32,000 bases of DNA. Origin: Phycisphaera mikurensis NBRC 102666. GTDB lineage: Bacteria > Planctomycetota > Phycisphaerae > Phycisphaerales > Phycisphaeraceae. Positions within the stretch are counted from its first letter, which is position 1, and each line of letters begins with the position of its first letter. The stretch covers positions 1,410,001-1,442,000 of the forward strand of contig NC_017080.1 in NCBI RefSeq assembly GCF_000284115.1. Reading direction: 5' to 3'. Shown piece by piece: positions 1 to 8,741 of the stretch. Under the pieces are notes generated by a model, which was not told the origin of the DNA, ran no database searches, and saw nothing but the letters and a program-made list of their open reading frames with translations. A program made the position numbers and the translations under genes.

Positions 1-232
1 GGCCGCGTGGGGTCCCGCAGAGCCCGCGGGGCTCACGGTGCTCCGCTCGGCGGACGCGCCGGAGCGGGCGGGTGTGCCCCTCGCGGGCCGGCAGCTTCGG
101 AGCGACGGTTCCGCTGCACAAGTGCGATTCCAGCGGCAGTGTGTGAACGGTGCGGAGGCTATAACGGTTTGCCGAAGGATGTTCTGGCCGAATGCCTCCG
201 TGCGAAGTGCTTGTCGCGAACCAGGAAAGTCT

Positions 233-1408
233 ATGTCCATCGATCCAGTCTTTCTTCCCGCACGTCGTCTCGTCTTTACAGGCAGAGTGCTGTCATCAGT
301 GACGATGTGTGCAACGCTTTTGTTCGTTTCACTCTGCTGCGTGTTCGCACGGGCCGAAACACCGCACAACGACCCGCTGGCTGCGGTTCAGGCGTACAGC
401 AGAGCGGTCAATGGCATCGACTACGTGTTGGAGCAGAGAATGGTCCAGCGGAATGAGGGCCCGGAGCAGGCCGTCGATGAGCCGGGCGCAGAAGGCGAGC
501 TCCCCATCGGGGCGGTCCCTCTCGTTCCCGTTGTGAGCGAGATGCTGGATCTGAAGGTGGCGGTGTCTCACCGGGACGGCGCAACGCGGATCCTGGAGCG
601 GGAGGTGAAGATCCTTCAGGAGATGCCGGGCGGTGAAGTCTTCGACAACCACTACGGCGAGGACGTGCAGGGGACCGGCTACGTCGTGATGGTCGACGCG
701 CCGGCCCGGGGTGAGGAGGTGATCTTCGGGCTTGGCAACGGCGTCGACCGCTTCGAGGGGGGGCTCATCCACGACGAGATCGATTGGGGCTACTTCAACG
801 GGAGTCTCTACTTCAGGGGTCCGTACCCGCTGGCCATGGCTCGATTCGCGAGCAATGAACTTCTGGGACCCGCGTTCTGGGAGCGTTGCGAGGTGATTGC
901 TCTGGAAGGGGGGCAATCCCTGTTCACCTGGAGCGAAGATTCGCTGCGACACCGGTGGGTTTTCAACACACGGGGACCGATCGGGCTCGTTTCCTACGAG
1001 GCAGAGACCACCGCGTTCGGCGACGAGGAGCTCACCGTGTTCCGGATGGACACACTGGAGTCGCAGGCGCGGGGAGCGTTCGACCTTCCGTCAACGGCGG
1101 TCGCGGTCACCTACTACGTGGATGTCGACGTCCCCGCAACCTTCCCCGCCTTCCGGGTGGACCTGCGGTACGAGATCGGGCCCGGCACGTTGCCCCGGCC
1201 GGGAAGCGTGGAGAGTCTGTACACCAGATGGCCTGCTCACGCCGTGGTGCAGGAGCGGCGGATCCAGCGGGAGATCGCTTTGGGTGGCGAGCCCGAGGTC
1301 CTGACCGATGAGCGGATTGCGGATTGCGTGGCCGAACAGCTGGCCGAGGAGGCGGAGGCCCGGGCGGCCGCGGAACGGATCCTCGAATCCGCGGAGGCGC
1401 CCCGGTGA
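233..1408 (+). CDS. Hypothetical exported protein
   Basis: ORF 38..1408. The internal ATG at 233 gives MSIDPVFLPARRLVFTGRVLSSVTMCATLLFVSLCCVFARAETP, a plausible signal peptide. No family recognised. Confidence 0.6.
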   Translation: MSIDPVFLPARRLVFTGRVLSSVTMCATLLFVSLCCVFARAETPHNDPLAAVQAYSRAVNGIDYVLEQRMVQRNEGPEQAVDEPGAEGELPIGAVPLVPVVSEMLDLKVAVSHRDGATRILEREVKILQEMPGGEVFDNHYGEDVQGTGYVVMVDAPARGEEVIFGLGNGVDRFEGGLIHDEIDWGYFNGSLYFRGPYPLAMARFASNELLGPAFWERCEVIALEGGQSLFTWSEDSLRHRWVFNTRGPIGLVSYEAETTAFGDEELTVFRMDTLESQARGAFDLPSTAVAVTYYVDVDVPATFPAFRVDLRYEIGPGTLPRPGSVESLYTRWPAHAVVQERRIQREIALGGEPEVLTDERIADCVAEQLAEEAEARAAAERILESAEAPR

Positions 1409-1716
1409 TTGTCCCCGACGATTCCCATGGTTCGGGTGAGGCGGTGGTGGCTCGGCGATCCCCGCTGGCGCGGGGAGGGCTGCTCGCGGTCGCTGCCGTT
1501 TTCGGGGCGTCCGCGTGGTGGAAGGCCCTGCCGGGGGGCCTGCGTGAAGAAGCATCGGCACCGACGCTCTTCGAGAGCTTCGCTGCCTGGGCCGGGCAGG
1601 CGGCCTGGTGGGTGGTCGCCGCGGAGGCCGCTCTGGCGGTGTTCCTGTGCGTCGGCGCCTTCCAGCCCCGCCTGCGGCAGCCGTCCGTCGCGCGCGGCGC
1701 TGCCACGACTGGTTGA
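1405..1716 (+). CDS. Small hypothetical membrane protein with about 2 hydrophobic segments (weakly DoxX/MauE-like)
   Basis: Frame of ORF 1324..1716 with a GTG start at 1405, overlapping the upstream stop (GTGA). Hydrophobic stretches GGLLAVAAVFGASAWWKALPGG and AAWWVVAAEAALAVFLCVGAF. High GC3 in this frame. Confidence 0.5.
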   Translation: MIVPDDSHGSGEAVVARRSPLARGGLLAVAAVFGASAWWKALPGGLREEASAPTLFESFAAWAGQAAWWVVAAEAALAVFLCVGAFQPRLRQPSVARGAATTG

Positions 1717-1729
1717 GGAGTCTGGCGCC

Positions 1730-2380
1730 ATGAAGCTGTTCTCCGCCGCACGCGCGGCGTCGTCCTGCGCGGCGGTGTGCCGCGGGTGCGGCCCGCGGGC
1801 CGCGGAGCCCCCGGGTTCCGAAACGACGCCTCCGCCCGCCGCGGCGTCCCGGAGCGACGCACCGGGCCCGCGGCAGGACGACGACCCACCCCCGTGGGTC
1901 CGCTTCCACGACTTCCACGACGAACCGGGTTGGTCGGAGCGCCTCGGCGGCGGCGGATACCTCCCCGTGCCCGACCCCGCGGCCCCGGGCGGGGCGGTCT
2001 GCAACTGCCCCCGTTTCCCCGACGCCGAGGTCGCCAGTGACTTCCTCTCGGCCCGCTGGGCGTGGCTGCACGGCCGGTCCGGCCTCGTGGAGGCCGACCT
2101 CCGCGTTCCGGCCCGGTTCCTGCTTGCGGGCGACTGCACCCGGGCGGGCTCCTACGCGGCGCCGCTGGGGACGGCGCCCACCGGCTTCGACGACGTCGAC
2201 AAGGACGACGCGCGGGCGGAGAGCTGGCTGCCGGCCGCCCGCGGCGGGATCGACCCGCACGCGGGCGGGTTGGCGGGCGTCGCGGCCGAGGGGAACGCCG
2301 GCTTCGCGGCCCCCGATGCCGCGCCCAGATTCACCCTGCACCCCGCCGAAGGCCGCGTCGCGTGGTCGGGCCCTTTGAAA
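1730..2380 (+). other. Probable coding region with unresolved 3' end: MKLFSAARAASSCAAVCRGCGPRAAEPPG... possibly an exported or Cys-containing protein
   Basis: ATG at 1730. The reading frame has strong GC3 bias (codons such as gac gac gtc gac aag gac gac gcg) until about 2370. It then loses the bias and runs without a stop through alaS as part of ORF 1409..5221. The end coordinate is estimated. Confidence 0.4.
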
Positions 2381-2456
2381 GAGCCGGCGCGCGGCCGGCC
2401 GCCACCGCGAGAGCGCCTTGGCGAATGCTTTCGGCGGGCGCGTAATCTCCGCGGTT

Positions 2457-5306
2457 ATGCCCGAGCCTTCCGCCAAAGACGTCCGCCAGCAGTTCCTCGA
2501 CTTCTTTGCGCAGAAGCACGGGCACAAGGTCGTGCCCTCGGCGCCGGTGGTGCCCCACGGCGACCCCACGCTGCTGTTCGCCAACGCGGGCATGAACCCC
2601 TTCAAGCCGTACTTCCTCGGCGAGGAGGTCGCGACCGACAAGCGGGTCTGCGACACCCAGAAGTGCATCCGCGCCGGCGGCAAACACAACGACCTCGAAG
2701 ACGTCGGACGCGACACGTACCACCACACCTTCTTCGAGATGCTCGGCAACTGGAGCTTCGGGGACTACTTCAAGAAGGAAGCGATCCGCTGGGCGTGGGA
2801 GCTGCTCGTCGACGTCTGGGGGCTGGAGCCCGAGCGCCTGCACGCGACGTACTTCGAGGGCGACGAGGCCGAGGGCCTGGAGCCGGACCTGGAGGCCCGC
2901 GATCTCTGGCTCCAGCTGCTCCCCGCGGAGCGTGTCCACCCCGGGAACAAAAAGGACAACTTCTGGGAGATGGGCGACACCGGCCCCTGCGGCCCGTGCT
3001 CGGAACTCCACTACGACGGCACGGCCGACCTCTCCGGCGCCGCCAAGGTCAACGCCGACGACCCCGACGTCATCGAGATCTGGAACCTGGTCTTCATCCA
3101 GTTCAACCGGAGCACGACCGGCAAGCTGGAGCCGCTGCCCGCGAAGCACGTCGACACGGGCATGGGCTTCGAGCGGATCGTCCGCGTGCTGCAGGGCCAC
3201 TCCAGCAACTACGACACCGACGTCTTCACGCCGCTGTTCGAGGCGATCCGGGAGGCCACCGGTGCCGGCCCGTACACGGGCGAGCTGGAGAAGCCCGAGG
3301 ACGTGGCCTACCGCGTCATCGCCGATCACATCCGCACGCTGGTCTTCGCGCTCGCCGACGGGGCCCACTGCGACAAGGACGGCCGTGGCTACGTGCTCCG
3401 CCGCATCCTCCGGAGGGCCGTCCGCTACGGCCGCCAGACGCTCGGGCAGGAGCAGCCTTTCTTCTTCGAGCTGGTGCCCGCCGTCGTCGCCAACTTCGGC
3501 GACGCCTTCCCGGAGCTGCGGGAGAGGGCCGACGCCGTGGCGGCGGAGATCCGCGAGGAGGAGGAGAGCTTCTCCAAGACGCTCGGCCGCGGGATCCAGC
3601 TGTTCGAGCTTTCCGCGCGGCGGGTCGAGGAGGCGGCGGGACGCGGCGGCGGGAAGACCATCGCCGCCACCGACGCCTTCCAGCTGCACGACACCTACGG
3701 CTTCCCGCTGGACCTCACCGAGCTGATGGCCGCCGAGCGCGGCATGACCGTGGACGCCGAGGGATTCGACCGACTCATGGGAGAAGCGCGTGTCCGAAGC
3801 CGCGGCGGGGGCGACGGCGGCGAGGCGGCGGCGATGGCGTCGCTGCGCGAGGAGGTGCAGCGCGGCTTCGACGCCGGCTGGTACGCCGGCACCAACTTCA
3901 CCGGCTTCGAGACGGCCGAAGCGCCCTTCCAGCAGAATCAGATCCACGTGTTCCGGCGCCAGGACGATCACTGGCTGTCGCTCACCGCCGGCGAGTCGGC
4001 CACCGCCGGCGACGCCGTCGCGATCGTCCTGAAGATGTCGCCCTTCTACGCCGAGATGGGCGGCCAGGTGGGCGACACCGGCTCGATCCAGCTGCGGACC
4101 GGCGGCCGCGTCGCCGTCCGCGACACGCAGAAGGTCGGCGCGGTCCACGTCCACCTCGGCGAGGTGGTCTCCGGCGAGGTCGCCACGGATCCCGACGTGA
4201 TCCTCGCGGTCGCGGTCGACCTGGAGCGACGCCGGGCGATCGAGGCGAACCACACCGCGACGCACCTCCTGAACCGCTCGCTGCGGGACCGCGTGTCCGA
4301 CGACGTGCAGCAGCGTGGCTCGCTGGTCGAGGCCGAGCGGCTGCGCTTCGACTTCAACCACGGCGCCGCCCTCGGCGACGACGAGCTGGCGGCGATCGAG
4401 GGCGACCTGGCCGCCGCCATCGCCGCCCGCCGCGGCGTCTTCAGCGGCAACGCGCCCGAGGCGCAGGCCCGCGGCATCCGCGGGCTCCGCGCCGTCTTCG
4501 GCGAGAAGTACCCGCCGGTCGTCCGGGTCGTCTCCGTGGGCGAGCCGGTCGACAAGCTGCTGGCCGACCCCGACAACGCGGCCTGGGAGGAACTCTCGGT
4601 CGAGCTCTGCGGCGGCACGCACGCCGGCAACACCGCCGACCTCGGAGCGTTCGCGCTGGTCGGCCAGGAGGCCGTCGGCAAGGGCGTCCGCCGCGTCACC
4701 GCCGTCACCGGCGAGCCCGCCGTCGCGGCCCGCGAGGAGGCGGCGCGGCTCATGAAGAAGCTCGACGCCGCCGCCGGCCTCGACCCCGAAGCCGTCGCCG
4801 CGCAGCTCGACGGGCTCACCAAGCGGGTCGAGGCGGCGACGCTCCCGCTCGCGGAGCGAGCCGCCACCCGTGCCAAGCTGGCAACCCTCGGCGAGGCCGT
4901 GCGGAAGCACCGCAAAGAAGCCGGTGCCCAGGCTACCGACGCCGTGCTCGACGCCGCCCGCGCCGCCGCCGAGGGCGTGGCCGACGGCGCCGTGCTCGTG
5001 ACCGGGATCGACGGCGCCGACGGCAAGTCGCTCCGCGTCGCGATGGACGTGGTCAACAAGCTGCGCCCGCAGAGCCCCGCGATGCTCGCCGCCACCGAGG
5101 ACGGCAAGGTTTCGCTGATCGCCAGCGTTCCGAAGGACAAGGTCCAGGCCGGCTGGAAAGCCGGCGAGTGGGTGAACGCCGCCGCCGCCGAGGTCGGCGG
5201 CAGAGGCGGCGGCAAGCCTGACCGCGCCCAGGCCGGCGGGAAGGACCCCGCCAAGCTGCCGGCGGCCCTCGACGCCGCTCGGGCCTGGACCGCGGACCGC
5301 GGATGA
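2457..5306 (+). CDS. alaS: Alanine--tRNA ligase
   Basis: Class II AlaRS signatures: FANAGMNPFKPYFLG, RVCDTQKCIRAGGKHNDLEDVGRDTYHHTFFEMLGNWSFGDYFK, HVDTGMGFERI. Editing and C-Ala domain motifs HTATHLLNRSLR and CGGTHAGNTADLG. ATG at 2457 gives MPEPSAKDVRQQFLDFF. Confidence 0.98.
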   Translation: MPEPSAKDVRQQFLDFFAQKHGHKVVPSAPVVPHGDPTLLFANAGMNPFKPYFLGEEVATDKRVCDTQKCIRAGGKHNDLEDVGRDTYHHTFFEMLGNWSFGDYFKKEAIRWAWELLVDVWGLEPERLHATYFEGDEAEGLEPDLEARDLWLQLLPAERVHPGNKKDNFWEMGDTGPCGPCSELHYDGTADLSGAAKVNADDPDVIEIWNLVFIQFNRSTTGKLEPLPAKHVDTGMGFERIVRVLQGHSSNYDTDVFTPLFEAIREATGAGPYTGELEKPEDVAYRVIADHIRTLVFALADGAHCDKDGRGYVLRRILRRAVRYGRQTLGQEQPFFFELVPAVVANFGDAFPELRERADAVAAEIREEEESFSKTLGRGIQLFELSARRVEEAAGRGGGKTIAATDAFQLHDTYGFPLDLTELMAAERGMTVDAEGFDRLMGEARVRSRGGGDGGEAAAMASLREEVQRGFDAGWYAGTNFTGFETAEAPFQQNQIHVFRRQDDHWLSLTAGESATAGDAVAIVLKMSPFYAEMGGQVGDTGSIQLRTGGRVAVRDTQKVGAVHVHLGEVVSGEVATDPDVILAVAVDLERRRAIEANHTATHLLNRSLRDRVSDDVQQRGSLVEAERLRFDFNHGAALGDDELAAIEGDLAAAIAARRGVFSGNAPEAQARGIRGLRAVFGEKYPPVVRVVSVGEPVDKLLADPDNAAWEELSVELCGGTHAGNTADLGAFALVGQEAVGKGVRRVTAVTGEPAVAAREEAARLMKKLDAAAGLDPEAVAAQLDGLTKRVEAATLPLAERAATRAKLATLGEAVRKHRKEAGAQATDAVLDAARAAAEGVADGAVLVTGIDGADGKSLRVAMDVVNKLRPQSPAMLAATEDGKVSLIASVPKDKVQAGWKAGEWVNAAAAEVGGRGGGKPDRAQAGGKDPAKLPAALDAARAWTADRG

Positions 5307-5336
5307 ATCCGGCCGGCGGCGGCGGCGGTCCGCGGG

Positions 5337-6194
5337 ATGCCCACAACCCGGCTCTACGATCGCCGCATCGCCAACACGCTCCAGGCCGAACCTCTAACGA
5401 CGCTCACCCTCGGCGGCGTCGCCTTCCGCGCGTCCCGGCCCCACGCCTTCGGCCTCGTCATCGAGGCGGTGGTCGATCCGTCGCCCGAGCAGGCGGAGGA
5501 CTACCTCCACGCGGTGCTCCTGGCCGAGGACCGCCGCGAGGCCTTCTTCGGCCTGATCGAGGCCGAGGGCCTGGTCGTCTGCCGCGGCATCCGCCGCGAG
5601 CACCCGACGTACCGGCCGGTCGCGGGCAAGTCCACGCCGGGCCGGCTGAGCCAGGCCGAGTACTACCACCACGACGGCTGCAGCGGCCCCGAGAAGCCGC
5701 GCTTCGACGAGATCCGCCTGCCGTGGGGCTCGCGGCCCCGCCGCGCCACCACCGCCGTCGCCCGCTTCGGCGACGTCGTGCGGGCCCAGCTCGTGGCGCT
5801 GCCAGAGCGGATGGTGGACGACGAGGTCGCCGGGTGGCGTCACGCCTTCGCGGAGCACGCGACGCGTCCACCGGCGGAGCAGTGGGACACGATCCAGGGC
5901 CGGGTGACACGCCGCGTCCGCAAAGAACTCGACGCCCAGCGGGCCCGGGCGTGGTTCGCGGAGGTCGACCGCCTGGCCGACGCGTACCTCCTTCCGTGGG
6001 AGCCCGGCGAGAGCCGGCTGATGCTCAACGGCCACGCCGACCTCACGCGGACGATGCAGCACCGCCGCGCCGAGCCTGCCGTCCGCGAGGCGGGCTCCGC
6101 GACCGCGTCGCTGGTCAAGCGGTGGACCGCCGAGGAGGCCGGCGGCTTCGCGGGGGCGGTGCCCGCGGGAGGAGCCCGCGGCTGCCGCCTCTGA
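5337..6194 (+). CDS. Hypothetical protein, possibly Fe(II)/2-oxoglutarate dioxygenase-like
   Basis: Continuous ORF with ATG start. Contains GRLSQAEYYHHDGCSG (an HxD-like motif) and a distal NGHADLTRTMQHRR resembling the His...Arg end of TauD/TfdA-type enzymes. The family call is tentative. Confidence 0.6.
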   Translation: MPTTRLYDRRIANTLQAEPLTTLTLGGVAFRASRPHAFGLVIEAVVDPSPEQAEDYLHAVLLAEDRREAFFGLIEAEGLVVCRGIRREHPTYRPVAGKSTPGRLSQAEYYHHDGCSGPEKPRFDEIRLPWGSRPRRATTAVARFGDVVRAQLVALPERMVDDEVAGWRHAFAEHATRPPAEQWDTIQGRVTRRVRKELDAQRARAWFAEVDRLADAYLLPWEPGESRLMLNGHADLTRTMQHRRAEPAVREAGSATASLVKRWTAEEAGGFAGAVPAGGARGCRL

Positions 6195-6268
6195 GGGCGG
6201 CGCCCCGCCGCGGACCGCCGCCCCGGCGGGACGAAACACCCCGCGGTCCGCGGATTTAGGCTGCCCGG

Positions 6269-7381
6269 ATGAGCGACGCGGCCCCCCCCGGCGACCCAGG
6301 CGAAGCAACGCGGGAGAAGCTCGCGCCGCTGCGGGACGAGATCGACGCGCTCGACGAGAAGATCGTCGGGCTGCTGAACGCGCGGGCGCGGGTGGTCGTG
6401 AAGGTCGGCGAGGTGAAGCGGGCGGGCGGCGAGGACGTGCCGATCTACGCACCCGACCGCGAGCAGGCGGTGCTGGAGAAGGTCCGCAAGCTCAACCACG
6501 GGCCGCTGCCGGACCGCTGCCTGGAGGCGGTTTGGCGTGAGCTGATGAGCGGATCCTTCGCGCTGGAGCGGCCGCTGCGGATCGGCTACCTCGGGCCGGC
6601 GGGGTCCTTTTCGCACCTGGCGGCGGTGAGCAAGTTCGGCCAGTCGGTCGAGTACGACGAGCTGTCGGACTTCCCGGCGATCTTCGACGCCGTCGCCCGC
6701 GGTCACGCCGACTACGGGCTGATCCCGATCGAGAACTCCACGCACGGCGGCGTCACCGCCTCGCTGGACTGCTTCCTGGAGTCCGGGGTGCCGGTCTGCG
6801 CCGAGATCCTCCTGCCCATCCACCACAACCTGCTCTCGCGGGTGCCGCTGGAGCGGATCAAGACCGTCTACTCGCACCCGCAGGTGCTCGGCCAGTGCCA
6901 GCGCTGGCTGACGGCGCAGCTCCCGCACGCGAAGCGGCTGGACGCGGCGAGCAGCTCGCAGGCGGCGCGGATCGTCGCCGAGAACCCCTCCGAGTCCGCC
7001 GCCATCGGCAGCACGCTCGCCTCGCAGCTCTACCGCCTGCCGGTGCTCTTCGACAACATCGAGGACAACCCCAACAACACCACGCGTTTCTCGATCATCG
7101 GCCGCCAGAGCCCCCGGCCCACCGGCGAGGACAAGACGGCGCTGGTCTTCACCACGGAGCACCGCGCCGGCGCGCTCACCGACGTGCTCAACGTCTTCCG
7201 CGACCACGGCCTGAACCTCACCCGCCTCGCCGAGCGGCCGAGCCAGCGAATGAACTGGGAGTACTACTTCTTCATCGACCTGCTCGGCCACGCGGAGGAG
7301 CCGGAGGTGAAGGCGGCGCTGGACGAGGCGCGGGGGCACTGCTTGCAGCTGAAGGTGCTGGGCTCGTTTCCGCGGGCGTGA
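6269..7381 (+). CDS. pheA: Bifunctional chorismate mutase/prephenate dehydratase (P-protein) with C-terminal ACT domain
   Basis: N-terminal chorismate mutase helix (LRDEIDALDEKIVGLLNARA), prephenate dehydratase motifs (IGYLGPAGSFSHLAA, YGLIPIENSTHGGVTASLD, NTTRFSIIGR), and ACT domain (TALVFTTEHRAGALTDVLNVFRDHGLNLTRL). Confidence 0.96.
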   Translation: MSDAAPPGDPGEATREKLAPLRDEIDALDEKIVGLLNARARVVVKVGEVKRAGGEDVPIYAPDREQAVLEKVRKLNHGPLPDRCLEAVWRELMSGSFALERPLRIGYLGPAGSFSHLAAVSKFGQSVEYDELSDFPAIFDAVARGHADYGLIPIENSTHGGVTASLDCFLESGVPVCAEILLPIHHNLLSRVPLERIKTVYSHPQVLGQCQRWLTAQLPHAKRLDAASSSQAARIVAENPSESAAIGSTLASQLYRLPVLFDNIEDNPNNTTRFSIIGRQSPRPTGEDKTALVFTTEHRAGALTDVLNVFRDHGLNLTRLAERPSQRMNWEYYFFIDLLGHAEEPEVKAALDEARGHCLQLKVLGSFPRA

Positions 7382-7407
7382 GGGCGGCGGCTGCGCCGCT
7401 CAAGAGA

Positions 7408-7571
7408 GGAAGCGAAGAAGCGAAGAAGCGAAGAAGCGAGGAAGTGAGCAAGCGAAGAAGCGAAGAAGAAAGGAAGTGAGGAAGTGAGGCAGCGCGTCGG
7501 CTGCGCCGACCTCCGCGACGGCTGCGGATGATCCCTCTCTGACTTCTTCGCTTCTCCGCTTCTTCGCTTCC
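7408..7571. repeat. Inverted repeat of low-complexity AAGCGAAGAAG units in the convergent pheA/lpxR-like intergenic region
   Basis: Arm 7408..7436 ggaagcgaagaagcgaagaagcgaagaag. Arm 7543..7571 cttcttcgcttctccgcttcttcgcttcc is its reverse complement with one mismatch in 29. Confidence 0.85.
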
Positions 7572-7603
7572 CCCCTTGCCTCCCGCGCAGCGGGATGCCC
7601 CCC

Positions 7604-8653
7604 TTAAAACCCCCACCCCACCTGCAACTGAATCTGCCCGAACGCGTCCGCATCCTCCTGCCCCTTGAACTCGTGGGTGAGGAAGGTCTGGGCGTAGCCG
7701 ATCTCGGCGTTGAAGCGGTGGCCGGTGTAGCCGACGGCGAAGCCGCCGCGGAAGATGCCCAGCAGCGGCTCGCGGTCCACGGAGGGGGAGGGGTTGCGGG
7801 CGTAGCTGCCGTCGAGGAAAGTGTTCCACTGCACGTAGCGGGCGGCGGCGCCGGCGAAGGCGTAGACGCTCCAGCCCGGCTGCGGCCCGGCGCCGGTGAA
7901 GCTGCCGGGGTCGCGGACGCGGGCGGGGCCGAAGTCGTCGGGCAGCTTCCAGCCGACGCGGGCGATGCCGCCGAGGGTTGCGTCGCGGTGCGTGGTGCCC
8001 ACGCGGACCTCGCCGTAGGGCAGCAGCTGCGCGTTGAGGCCGCCGGGGCGGAGGCCGGGCAGCCCCAGGCCGGCGGCGTCGATCCGCACGGTCCGCCGGT
8101 AGGCGAGGTCGATGGCGAACTCGTCGCCGAGCTGGCTGTCCCAGCCGTTGGGGTCGTCGCCGGTGAAGTACTCGTGGATGTACTCCTGCACCTCCTTGGC
8201 CAGCGAGCTCTCGCCGACGACGCCGAGGTTCAGCTGCAGGTGGTCGAGGTGGTCGTCGTGCTCGCGCTGGCCGTAGAAGGCGCCGTAGAGGTAGCCGGCG
8301 TAGGGCCGGTCGTCGGGGTCGGGCACCCGCGCGGTGATGTCCTCGGGGGTGTAGATCTCGTGGGCGACCATCAGGCCGACGGCGGTGCCGTCCGCCGGCA
8401 GGCCCAGGCCGTCGACGAGACCGGCGAAGGTCTCGCTCTTGTGCGCCAGATCCAGCGCGGCGCCGTTGGTGTAGTGCCGGTCCTCCAGCTCGTTGAGCTT
8501 CACGAAGGAGCCGTCGTTCTCGAAGAGCACCTGGAAGCGGTACGCGGGGCCGGCGGCGGGAAGCTCCGCGGCGGGTCGATCTTCCTGCGCCGCCGCGAGC
8601 GGCGCCAGCGCGAGGAGCAGGCCGGCGAGGGATCGTCGGGAGGTGGGTGACAT
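7604..8653 (-). CDS. LpxR-like (DUF2219) lipid A deacylase family outer membrane protein
   Basis: Signal peptide MSPTSRRSLAGLLLALAPLAAAQ. Motifs FENDGSFVKLNELEDRHYTNGAALDL and DDRPYAGYLYG fit the LpxR/DUF2219 family (xENDxF...D..YTNG). Start chosen at ATG 8653. Confidence 0.82.
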   Translation of the reverse strand: MSPTSRRSLAGLLLALAPLAAAQEDRPAAELPAAGPAYRFQVLFENDGSFVKLNELEDRHYTNGAALDLAHKSETFAGLVDGLGLPADGTAVGLMVAHEIYTPEDITARVPDPDDRPYAGYLYGAFYGQREHDDHLDHLQLNLGVVGESSLAKEVQEYIHEYFTGDDPNGWDSQLGDEFAIDLAYRRTVRIDAAGLGLPGLRPGGLNAQLLPYGEVRVGTTHRDATLGGIARVGWKLPDDFGPARVRDPGSFTGAGPQPGWSVYAFAGAAARYVQWNTFLDGSYARNPSPSVDREPLLGIFRGGFAVGYTGHRFNAEIGYAQTFLTHEFKGQEDADAFGQIQLQVGWGF

Positions 8654-8741
8654 CGGTGCGTCTTTTTCGGGCCGGACGGGAGGAGGCTCCAGCCGACGGA
8701 GCGTACGGTCGGGGCCGCCGCACCACCGTGAGGAACCCGTG

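Noticed and set aside
2331-4910. 859-aa minus-strand ORF opposite alaS
   Set aside because: Antisense shadow ORF caused by high GC. alaS is unambiguous on the + strand.
1409-5221. 1270-aa + strand ORF
   Set aside because: Beyond about 2380 it is an Arg/Pro/Gly-rich shadow of alaS in another frame. Only the 1730-2380 part looks coding.
7408-7490. Possible CRISPR array
   Set aside because: Repeat units are about 8-9 nt, contiguous and imperfect, with no unique spacers and no cas genes nearby.
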